Source of the DNA: Candidatus Acidiferrales bacterium
Lineage (GTDB): Bacteria > Vulcanimicrobiota > Vulcanimicrobiia > Vulcanimicrobiales > Vulcanimicrobiaceae
Length of the DNA: 64,000 nucleotides
Assembly: GCA_035507275.1 (NCBI GenBank)
Contig: DATJOG010000005.1
Coordinates: 37,854 to 101,853, forward strand
Direction of reading: 5' to 3'
The notes under the pieces: model-generated
Seen by the model: only the letters and a program-made list of their open reading frames with translations
Told to the model about the DNA's origin: nothing
Database searches by the model: none
Translations under genes and position numbers: made by a program
Part shown: positions 8,855 to 16,725 of the stretch, piece after piece
How positions within the stretch are numbered: the stretch's first letter is position 1
Layout: every line of letters begins with the position of its first letter

Positions 8855-10417
8855 GTCCTTGTTGTAGACGTAGATATCCGAAACGATCCAGAGCACGATC
8901 TCCGGCCGGTCTTTCGCGAGCTGCTCGAACAGGATACGATCGTCGGCGTTCCGTCCGGCTTGATCGTAATCCGAAAAGACCGCACGCATCGCGGCATCGG
9001 CCTTCGGATTGCACCAGCGCACGTCGTTCTGCCCCTGCGGCGGGATCTGATCGCACGCAAAGAGCTCCGAAAGATCGCCGATCGGATCGTCGACCCAGTT
9101 GAAGAGCACGACGTCCCACTTGCCGCCGTAGACGATGCCGCCGTCGCCGTAGGGTGCAAAGAGCATCTGCACCGGGAATTGACGCACCTCGATACCGACG
9201 CCGATCTGCTTCCACGTCGAGCGGAAGAACTCGATCTCGTGATCGACGTTGGGTGAGCCGGTCTGCTCCACGAGCAGCAGATTCAGCTTGACGCCGTTTT
9301 TCTCTCTGATTCCGTCGGGCCCGCGCTTCCATCCGGCCGCATCGAGCACGGCGTTGGCCTTCGCGACATCAAAGGGCACGAGCGGTATGTTGGGATCGTA
9401 GTACGGCGCGGTCGGCGCCGCGAGACTTTCCTGAACGACTTCGAGGCCGTGCTGAAATTTCCGATTCAGCGTCGCGCGATCGGTTGCGAGTTCGATCGCG
9501 TAGCGTACCGCCGGATCGGCAACCGCGGGATGCGAAAGATTGAAATCGAGGTGACCGAACGCGTAGCCGGGCTGGTGCATGAAGACGAATCCGTCGAGAT
9601 TCGAAACTTGATCGTAATACGAACCCGGCACGTCCTTCCACATATCGATCGCGTGGGAACGCAAGGACGTGAGCACCGTATCGCGATTGGGGATGATCGC
9701 GAAATCGACTTCCTTGAGCTTCGGCTGCCCGCGGAAGTAGTACGGATTCGGGACCATCACGACTTTCTGTCCGCGATCCCATTCCTTATATTTGAAAGGC
9801 CCCGCACCGACCGGAAGCGCGTTGAAAGGCACGTTGTTGACGTTGGGATACTGCGCGAGCAGATGCTTGGGAAGGATCGACGGATTGCCGCCGGCGCTCG
9901 AAAAGAACGTCACGATGAACGGCGCGTAGGGCTTGCTCAAGTGAAAGACGACGGTGTATTTGTCGGGCTCGTCGATCTTCACGATCCGGTCCCAGCCCGA
10001 CCGGCTGGTCACGTTGTTTGCCGGATTCATGATCGCGTGATACGTCCAGACGACGTCGTCGGCCGTCAGCGGCGCGCCGTCCGACCAGCGCAAGCCCTTG
10101 CGCAAGTGATAGGTGATCGTCAATCCGTCTTTGCTCACACCGCCGTTGGCCTTCGTGGGAACCTCGGTCGCAAGCTCGGGATAAGGCAAGTTGTGCGCGT
10201 TCCACTTGATGAGCCACGCCGCCGTCATCGACGACATGTATCCAACCGTCAGCTGCTGGCTGAGCAGCGGATTGAGCGAGTTGACGTCTTCGGCGTTGGC
10301 AAAGCGCAGCACGTGCGGAACCGTCCATCCGTTCGCGCGGCCTCCCTCGCCGGGTTGCGCGCTCTTCGTACATGCCGCGAGCATGACGAGAGCGAGTAAT
10401 GCGGCGAGCCGTTTCAC
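8792..10417 (-). CDS. ABC-transporter family-5 (peptide/nickel type) solute-binding lipoprotein
   Basis: It has a lipobox (VMLAAC) and a family-5 SBP core (ATEVPTKANGGVSKDGLTITYHLRKGLRWSDG). I trimmed the start to GTG at 10417, which forms a GTGA overlap with the upstream SBP stop; TTG at 10432 is the alternative. Confidence 0.8.
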   Translation of the reverse strand: MKRLAALLALVMLAACTKSAQPGEGGRANGWTVPHVLRFANAEDVNSLNPLLSQQLTVGYMSSMTAAWLIKWNAHNLPYPELATEVPTKANGGVSKDGLTITYHLRKGLRWSDGAPLTADDVVWTYHAIMNPANNVTSRSGWDRIVKIDEPDKYTVVFHLSKPYAPFIVTFFSSAGGNPSILPKHLLAQYPNVNNVPFNALPVGAGPFKYKEWDRGQKVVMVPNPYYFRGQPKLKEVDFAIIPNRDTVLTSLRSHAIDMWKDVPGSYYDQVSNLDGFVFMHQPGYAFGHLDFNLSHPAVADPAVRYAIELATDRATLNRKFQHGLEVVQESLAAPTAPYYDPNIPLVPFDVAKANAVLDAAGWKRGPDGIREKNGVKLNLLLVEQTGSPNVDHEIEFFRSTWKQIGVGIEVRQFPVQMLFAPYGDGGIVYGGKWDVVLFNWVDDPIGDLSELFACDQIPPQGQNDVRWCNPKADAAMRAVFSDYDQAGRNADDRILFEQLAKDRPEIVLWIVSDIYVYNKDLKNFHPNSVTPFDNMMDVDI

Positions 10418-12066
10418 ATCGAGTACTCCCAAGGATCCCAGAACGGCGAGATGACCGGCGAAGGATCGAAGCCTTGCAGATCGGTGTTGTAGACGAAGGG
10501 AACCTTGCGGAAGCCGATGATGATCGTCGGCGCGTCGAGCGCAAGCTGCTGCTGGAAGACCGCGTAGTCGGCCTTGCGTTTGCTCTCATCGATCGACGTC
10601 AGCCCATCGGCGAGCGCCCTGCTTGCGGCGGGATTCTGCCAAAAGAGCGAGTCCTGTCCGCGCGGCGCAAGATTTTCGTCGGAGTAGAGCGGATCGAGAT
10701 CCGGATCGGCGGCCCCCATCCACGCGAAGATCGCCGCATCGTAGTGGCCGCCCTCGAGCACACCCGAGTCGCCGTTGGCGAAGAATTCCGGCGTCGGGTA
10801 GTTCTTCACATCCGCCTGCACACCGATATCATGCCACTCGCGCTGCACGACGTCTTGAATCGCTTTGCCGAGCGTCGACTCGGTGGCGGCGCTCAGCGTG
10901 AATTCGAGCCGCTGGCCGTTCTTGATACGAATACCGTCGGGACCAACGCGCCAACCGTCGGCATCGAGCAGCGCGCGTGCTTTCGCGGGATCGTAACCGT
11001 AATGCATCGTGTCGGCGGTGTAGCCCCACGAGAGCGCCGGCTGCTCCGGTGAATCCGACGGAACGTCAGCACCGTGGAAGATCTTCGCGATGATCTCGGG
11101 GCGATTGGTCGCATAGGTCAGCGCGCGCCGCACCTGCAAGTCGCTCAGAATCGGATTCCTCACGTTGAAGTCGATGTGGTCGTAGGCATACGAATCAGCC
11201 AGGATCGCCTTCAGCCCGGAGTTCGGCTGGGCCGCCAGCGCCTGATAGCGCGGCCAGTTGATGGCGGTGCCGCGTGCGAGCATGTCGATCGCGTGCGTCT
11301 GGATCTGCGTCTCGAGCGTATTCTCGTCGGGCTCCGTATAGATGTCGACTTCGTTGAGTTTCGGTTTGCCCAAGAAGTAATTGGGGTTCGCCGCCAGCCG
11401 GACGACCGTGCCGCGCTCCCACTGGATGACGCGGAACGGCCCGCTCCCGATCGGCATCGAATTGAACGGCGCCGTGTTCTGCGTTCCTTTGGCGAGATAG
11501 GGCGCCAAGATGTGCTCCGGAAGGATCGGCGCGTTGCTGTTCACGCTCCACAACTGCTGCAGGTAGGGCGCGTAGAGGCGCTTCATGTGGATCACGGCGA
11601 CGAGCGGTGTCTTGCAATCGATCGAAGCGATGTCGCGATAGCCGTCGGTGACCGCTATGTTCGTCTTGGGGTCCATCACGTAGCGCCACGTGAACTTGAG
11701 ATCCTCGCACGTGAGCGGCTTGCCGTCCTGCCACTCGATGTTCGGGCGCAGCTTGTAGATCAGCGTGAGGCCGTCTTTACTGACGTCGCCGTTGGCGACC
11801 GTCGGAATCTCGCGGAGCGCGTCGGGAACCGGATTGCCCTGCGCGTCATAGCGCACCGACCACGAAAACACGAACATCGACACGTCGAGCGCGAGCGCGC
11901 TGCCGTCGAGCACCGGATTGAGCGATTTGACGTCGTAGTTCACGCCGATCCGCAGCACGCCGGGGCGCGTCCACGGATGGAGCCCGCCGGATGCCGTATT
12001 GACCTTCGTACACGCCGTGGCGAGGAGCGCGAGCGCGAGCGCCGCGCAACCGATCCGCCGCTTCAC
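10414..12066 (-). CDS. ABC-transporter family-5 solute-binding lipoprotein (paralog)
   Basis: 550 aa with lipobox LLATAC and a family-5 SBP pattern (REIPTVANGDVSKDGLTLIYKLRPNIEWQDG). The GTG start forms a GTGA overlap with the upstream gene. Confidence 0.8.
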   Translation of the reverse strand: MKRRIGCAALALALLATACTKVNTASGGLHPWTRPGVLRIGVNYDVKSLNPVLDGSALALDVSMFVFSWSVRYDAQGNPVPDALREIPTVANGDVSKDGLTLIYKLRPNIEWQDGKPLTCEDLKFTWRYVMDPKTNIAVTDGYRDIASIDCKTPLVAVIHMKRLYAPYLQQLWSVNSNAPILPEHILAPYLAKGTQNTAPFNSMPIGSGPFRVIQWERGTVVRLAANPNYFLGKPKLNEVDIYTEPDENTLETQIQTHAIDMLARGTAINWPRYQALAAQPNSGLKAILADSYAYDHIDFNVRNPILSDLQVRRALTYATNRPEIIAKIFHGADVPSDSPEQPALSWGYTADTMHYGYDPAKARALLDADGWRVGPDGIRIKNGQRLEFTLSAATESTLGKAIQDVVQREWHDIGVQADVKNYPTPEFFANGDSGVLEGGHYDAAIFAWMGAADPDLDPLYSDENLAPRGQDSLFWQNPAASRALADGLTSIDESKRKADYAVFQQQLALDAPTIIIGFRKVPFVYNTDLQGFDPSPVISPFWDPWEYSM

Positions 12067-13202
12067 GCGTCACCGTCGCGCATGGATTCGGGATCGATGC
12101 CCGCGCGCTCACAGAACGCGCGATAGGCTTGCGGCGCGATCTCCGAGGGTTTGATCTCGCTGCGTCCGCCCCAAAAAACGTTGGTATAGGCGAAGTCGAT
12201 GCCGGCTTCACGCAGATGCTGGTCGATCGCTGCTTTGTGCGCGAGCACGCGTTCCTTCTCCATGCCGTGCGCCACGGCCATCACGTTGACGTTCTTGAAC
12301 TCGGGGCCGCCTTCGCGCCAATAAGCGTGCGTGATGACGTAATGCCGTCCAACCTCACGGCCGGCCTCGATCTCCTGCCCCGGCGGCACGGCCCAGTGAA
12401 AGAGCGCGTTGTAACGCGTGACGCGTTCGTTGTTTGCCGTCGCTTTGACGTGTTCGAGAAAGGTCGAAAAGCGCCCGATCACGCCGCGCTCGTTGAGCAC
12501 CGTCGCGACGCCCTCGAACTCGTCGAGCGTCACGCCCGCTTCGCGTGCGCGCGCGTGCCAGAGGTCGCGCACCAGTTCGTCCGGTTCGAACTCGCGTTTT
12601 AGCGCGGTGAGCACGCGCCATTCGAGATCGGAGAGTTCGACGACCGCGGTGTCGACCGGTTGCGCGGGCGTCTCCGCGCGCGCGCCGGGTTCGAGGCCGC
12701 GGCGGCGCACGTGGCCGACGCCGAGCGCGAAGACCATCTTCGCCGGCATCAGCCGGAAGGATTGGGCGCCGGTTTGACGCGCGAGATACTCGGCGTGCTT
12801 GCGCAGTGAGTAGCCCTGCGGCACTTTCAGCGTCGTCCAGAGGCGATAACTGCTTCCCGGCGTCACCGCGTCGGTCGAACGGATGACGACGTGCCCCGAA
12901 AACGGGTCTTTCTCGAACATGTAATCGAATGCGCCGCCGAGGCGCGCTTCGGGTATTTGCCACGCGCAGAGCGCGCCGCGCGCGAGATTTGTCGACATAA
13001 GCGTCTGACGCACGCGCCGGATCGTCCCGGCGCGCAGCATCGCGACGATACGCTCGATGACGATCTCCGGTTCGATGCCGCTGCGCTGCGCGATCTCACC
13101 GAAGGGATCGCGCTGAAAACCTGCCAGACGATCTTCCGAGACCGCCAGGACAGCCGCGTTGACCGGGTCCGAGACGGCCGCCGGTACGGTGGGGTGAGAC
13201 AT
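12063..13202 (-). CDS. duplicated Lrp/AsnC-like protein resembling fused siroheme decarboxylase (NirDL/AhbAB family)
   Basis: 379 aa made of two similar halves. Each half has a wHTH-like segment (IVAMLRAGTIRRV / VLNERGVIGRF) followed by an AsnC-type alpha/beta domain (ALCAWQIPE.. / ALFHWAVPP..). The call is from pattern memory only. Confidence 0.45.
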   Translation of the reverse strand: MSHPTVPAAVSDPVNAAVLAVSEDRLAGFQRDPFGEIAQRSGIEPEIVIERIVAMLRAGTIRRVRQTLMSTNLARGALCAWQIPEARLGGAFDYMFEKDPFSGHVVIRSTDAVTPGSSYRLWTTLKVPQGYSLRKHAEYLARQTGAQSFRLMPAKMVFALGVGHVRRRGLEPGARAETPAQPVDTAVVELSDLEWRVLTALKREFEPDELVRDLWHARAREAGVTLDEFEGVATVLNERGVIGRFSTFLEHVKATANNERVTRYNALFHWAVPPGQEIEAGREVGRHYVITHAYWREGGPEFKNVNVMAVAHGMEKERVLAHKAAIDQHLREAGIDFAYTNVFWGGRSEIKPSEIAPQAYRAFCERAGIDPESMRDGDA

Positions 13203-13268
13203 AAAAGGCTGCTTTTGACAACGCGCACGAGCAGCCTCTTACGAATCGGCGGTACTGCGTTCGTGCGG

Positions 13269-14753
13269 CTACAAGGTCAGATCGCTGCTCCCGAGCGCGT
13301 AGGTATATTGTTGCTCGGCCAGCCGTTCGCCGTAGAGTGCCTGCACGTACGACGTTTGCGCCGTCGCCAGATTCGCTTCAGCCGTCACGATGGCGGTGAT
13401 CGTCGACGCGCCGACCTTATACTGGGCTTGCGTCGCTTGAAGGCTGACGGTGGAGCTCGTGACCTCCGCCTCCGCCTGAACGAGATTCGCACGCGCGGAG
13501 ATCAGTCCGGCAAGTCCGCCGCGAACGTCGGACTGCACTTGCAAACGCGACGTCGAGAGACCGGCGACGGCTTGATCGAGCTGATCTTTTGCGACGTGGA
13601 TGTTGTAATCGGTGAGACCCTGGTCCCAAATCGGAAGGCTGATCGTCGCGCCGATCGAGCCGCTCGGGCTCCACGAGGTCATCGCATTGGGATAGACCAA
13701 GTCGCGGCCCGTGCCCGCGCTGCCGTTGAGCGTAACCGTCGGCACGCGGCCGAGTTCGGCATAGAGCAGGTTCGCCTTATTGGAGTCGACCGTTGCTTGC
13801 GCGGCGAGGAAATCGGGGCGCAGCTTGAACGCTTCGGCCAATGCCTGCTGATAGGACAGAATCTTGACCTGCGGCGGCGATGCCTCGAGCGGTGTCGGCT
13901 GGATCAGCGTATCCGCATCGAGACCGAGCGAGGTCGCGAACGTGGCCTGTGCCGCAATTTGATTTCCCTGCGCCGTTACGAGCGCGCCGCGCGCCTGCGC
14001 GGTTTCGAACTGCGCTGCCGCGAGGTCCGAGCGCGGCGCCGCACCGGTGCGAATCTCGGCGGAAACGAATTGCTCGTTGATTTCGAACTCGCGCACGAGC
14101 GAGTTATCCGAAGCGACCGCCGCATTGTCTTCGAGGAGCGCATAGTAATTCGTGGCGACGGTAAACGCAAGCGTCTGCAGCTGCCGCAGCAGCGTGTCAC
14201 GCCCTGCGACGTCGGCAAACTGCGCGCTGCGCAGCCCTTCGATCAGATGCCCGCCGTCGAAGATGAGCTGGCTGACCGAAACCGAGCCCTGCTCCGTCGT
14301 GACGTAGCCGTTGACGGAGTTGGGGCCGCTCGACGGCGACGGCGAGGCACCGCTCAAGGAGCGTCCCCACGAACGGTCGACCGATCCGGATGCCGAGAGG
14401 CTCGGACCGAGCGCGCCTCTTGCGGCGCCGTACTTCGCGGCAATTTGGTAGTAGGCGGCGCGCTCCGACGCAAACGCCGGCGACTGTGCAACCGCGATAT
14501 CGATCGCCGATTTCAACGTCACCGTGACGGGAACGCCCGGCTTTTGCGCTTGAGCGGCGACGTCGGGCGCGGGCGTCCCGTACGCCGGGTACGGAATCGG
14601 CGTTCCCGAAGTCGTCGGCATCGGTGCCGGTGTCGGGACGACGACGGGCGTTTGATTCGCGGCAGGCTGTGCGCCCGCAACGTACGGCGCACACAAACCA
14701 AACGCGAGGGCCGTGATCAGCGATCGCGCTACGAAGCGGCGAGGCAGGGTCAT
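13269..14753 (-). CDS. TolC-family outer membrane efflux protein
   Basis: 494 aa with a signal peptide (ALAFGLCAPYVAGA) and two internal OEP-type repeats with long coiled segments. It overlaps the MFP gene as ATGA. Confidence 0.8.
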   Translation of the reverse strand: MTLPRRFVARSLITALAFGLCAPYVAGAQPAANQTPVVVPTPAPMPTTSGTPIPYPAYGTPAPDVAAQAQKPGVPVTVTLKSAIDIAVAQSPAFASERAAYYQIAAKYGAARGALGPSLSASGSVDRSWGRSLSGASPSPSSGPNSVNGYVTTEQGSVSVSQLIFDGGHLIEGLRSAQFADVAGRDTLLRQLQTLAFTVATNYYALLEDNAAVASDNSLVREFEINEQFVSAEIRTGAAPRSDLAAAQFETAQARGALVTAQGNQIAAQATFATSLGLDADTLIQPTPLEASPPQVKILSYQQALAEAFKLRPDFLAAQATVDSNKANLLYAELGRVPTVTLNGSAGTGRDLVYPNAMTSWSPSGSIGATISLPIWDQGLTDYNIHVAKDQLDQAVAGLSTSRLQVQSDVRGGLAGLISARANLVQAEAEVTSSTVSLQATQAQYKVGASTITAIVTAEANLATAQTSYVQALYGERLAEQQYTYALGSSDLTL

Positions 14754-15991
14754 TGCGTAGTGCTTCCCCCATTAGCGGAGTTGACGGCAACGATGCTTCC
14801 GTCTTTGAGTGTATCGGGACGCGTCGTTATGACTTTGGTACCCGGCTGAACCTTCGGCGAAATCACCTCGGTGAGCGTATCGGTTTGCACGCCCACGCGC
14901 ACGGGAACCTCTTGCGCCTTGTTGTCCGGGCCGACGACGTACACGGCGTAACCGTTTTGCGTCTGCGCCACGGCCGAACGGGGCACGACGATCGCGTTTT
15001 GGTGCGATTCACGCGGAAGTGTGGCCGTCACCAGCATGCCGCCGCGCAAGACGCCGCCGGGATTGGGCATCTCCACGCGAGCCAAGTACGAGAGTGTGCC
15101 GCTGGTCGGAACCGCGTTCACCGTCGTGATGTGCGCCGTGAAGCTGCGTCCGGGCAGCGAGCTGGAGGTGAAGGTCACCGCCGCGCCCGGCTGCACGAAG
15201 GGCAGATCGGTATCGGGAACGTTGATGTTGATCCAGAGCGAATCGACGCGCGAGATCCCGAGCACCGGCGCTTGAGGACCCGCATACGAACCGGGATCGA
15301 GCAAACGCTGCGTGATCACGCCGTCGTAGGGCGCGTAGAGCGTCGTCTGTGCGACCTGCGTGCCCAGCGTCTTCGCGTTTGCGTCGGCAGCCGACGCAGC
15401 CGCCACTGCAGCCTTCACGGCCTGCTCGCTCACGACGTTGTTACGCAACCCGATCTGCGCGGTGCTGTAGGTGTTTTGAGCCTGCACGTAGGCCGCGTGC
15501 GCGGCCTCTAGCGCAGCCTCCGACACGTAGCCGTCCTTGTAGAGCGCGGTGTCCTGATCGTAGACGAGCTTGGCGTTACGCAGCGCGGCTTGCGCGGTCG
15601 TAAGGGCCGCCTGATTCGTCTCGATCTGTACCGGAAGTCCGACCTGCGAACCCGTCGCGGTCGCCGTCTGCTGCTCGGCCTGCGCCCGCGCCTGCGCGAG
15701 TTGCGCGCGCAGCACCGAGCTATCGATCGTGGCGAGTGCCTGGCCCGCGCGTACGCGATCGCCGACGTTCACGGCGATCGACGTGATCGTTCCGTTCTGC
15801 TGAAACGCCAGCGTCGATTGTTCGAGCGGCGCTACCTGTCCGTCGAGCGACACGTAGGTCGCGATATTTTGGCGCACCGCCGATGCCGCGTCCACGTTCA
15901 GCGGCGGCGTCTGTTGCTGCGGCGCGTGGCTGCATGCGCTCAAGGTCAAGGCTGCGCCCAACGCGTAGACCGCAGCTCGCGGGTAATGCAT
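14750..15991 (-). CDS. HlyD/RND-type periplasmic adaptor (membrane fusion) lipoprotein
   Basis: The track ORF is trimmed to the ATG at 15991 (MHYPRAAVYALGAALTLSAC, lipobox). It has a lipoyl-like hairpin VNVGDRVRAGQALATID, a coiled coil and a beta-barrel domain. Confidence 0.8.
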   Translation of the reverse strand: MHYPRAAVYALGAALTLSACSHAPQQQTPPLNVDAASAVRQNIATYVSLDGQVAPLEQSTLAFQQNGTITSIAVNVGDRVRAGQALATIDSSVLRAQLAQARAQAEQQTATATGSQVGLPVQIETNQAALTTAQAALRNAKLVYDQDTALYKDGYVSEAALEAAHAAYVQAQNTYSTAQIGLRNNVVSEQAVKAAVAAASAADANAKTLGTQVAQTTLYAPYDGVITQRLLDPGSYAGPQAPVLGISRVDSLWININVPDTDLPFVQPGAAVTFTSSSLPGRSFTAHITTVNAVPTSGTLSYLARVEMPNPGGVLRGGMLVTATLPRESHQNAIVVPRSAVAQTQNGYAVYVVGPDNKAQEVPVRVGVQTDTLTEVISPKVQPGTKVITTRPDTLKDGSIVAVNSANGGSTTQ

Positions 15992-16114
15992 GATACTCCC
16001 TTTGTCGTAACGGATCGCTTGTCTATACCCCATACGCGCGATTCGCCCGCTTTGATTCACGATAGTGGCCTGGAATCCTGATAACCCCCGGAACACGCTA
16101 GGAGCACGCTCGGT

Positions 16115-16537
16115 TTGGGCGTATTCTCCCCCGGCATGAGCGCGAAACTGGAGATCGGCCGCGCGTACAGCCTTCAATCCCGGGTCGAAGAGTGGATGAC
16201 CGCCGAGAAGGCAGGGAACAAGGGTGTCGACGTTCTTTCGACCTCAATGCTGGTGCAGCTGATAGAAACTGCCGCGCTCGCGTGCATCGAGCCCGTGCTG
16301 GGGACCGAAATGGTCTCGCTGGGCACCCACATCGACCTCGAACACCACAAACCCGTGCCGGTCGGCTTCATCGTCCGTACCGAGGTAGAAATCGTCATGG
16401 TCGACGGTCCGCGGCTGAGTTTCGCGGTTGCCGTCTTCGACGAACAGGAAGCCGTCGCCGAGGGAACGCACGAACGCTACCTCATCGAACGCACGAAATT
16501 CCTCGCAAAGCTTGAAGAAAAGCTCGCCTCGGGCTAG
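16115..16537 (+). CDS. hotdog-fold thioesterase (fluoroacetyl-CoA-thioesterase-like family)
   Basis: 140 aa. The segment VLSTSMLVQLIETAALACI...VSLGTHIDLEHHKPVPVG is typical of this small thioesterase family. The TTG start has AGGAG 10 nt upstream; ATG at 16136 is the alternative. Confidence 0.6.
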   Translation: MGVFSPGMSAKLEIGRAYSLQSRVEEWMTAEKAGNKGVDVLSTSMLVQLIETAALACIEPVLGTEMVSLGTHIDLEHHKPVPVGFIVRTEVEIVMVDGPRLSFAVAVFDEQEAVAEGTHERYLIERTKFLAKLEEKLASG

Positions 16538-16586
16538 GGTTTAAATGAGCCCGGCTGGCCTGGGTCTCACTGCAGGGGGGGCAAAC

Positions 16587-16661
16587 GGCCTCCCGAACAC
16601 ATTAAGAAGGATTGTCTCGGGGGGCCATGCCCTCTCACCCCGAGTGGGTGGAGGTATGGCC
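16587..16661 (+). promoter_or_regulatory. structured 5' leader (two long, partly mutually exclusive hairpins) upstream of the OMP gene
   Basis: Hairpin 1 pairs GGCCUCCCGA (16587-96) with UCGGGGGGCC (16617-26). Hairpin 2 pairs GGCCAUGCCCUCUCACCC (16623-40) with UGGGUGGAGGUAUGGCC (16645-61) around a CGAG loop. The two hairpins share GGCC at 16623-26. No U-tract follows. Confidence 0.3.
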
Positions 16662-16725
16662 TTGAGCGCCGCGATGCGGCCCTGAAACAACTCGGAATTA
16701 TTACTCGATCTCCTAGGAGGAAAAC

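Noticed and set aside
15992-16114. A promoter in the divergent MFP/thioesterase spacer (TTGATT…).
   Set aside because: A -35-like hexamer is present, but no acceptable -10 lies at 16-18 nt. This is too weak to annotate.
16560-16630. Possible c-di-GMP-I (GEMM-I) riboswitch, because of CACTGCAGGGGGGGCAAAC resembling the 'ACGCACAGGGCAAAC' start of that class.
   Set aside because: The second conserved half (…GACGCAAAGCC…CCGG…) and the GNRA tetraloop/receptor arrangement are absent. The similarity is too short to call without a covariance-model scan.
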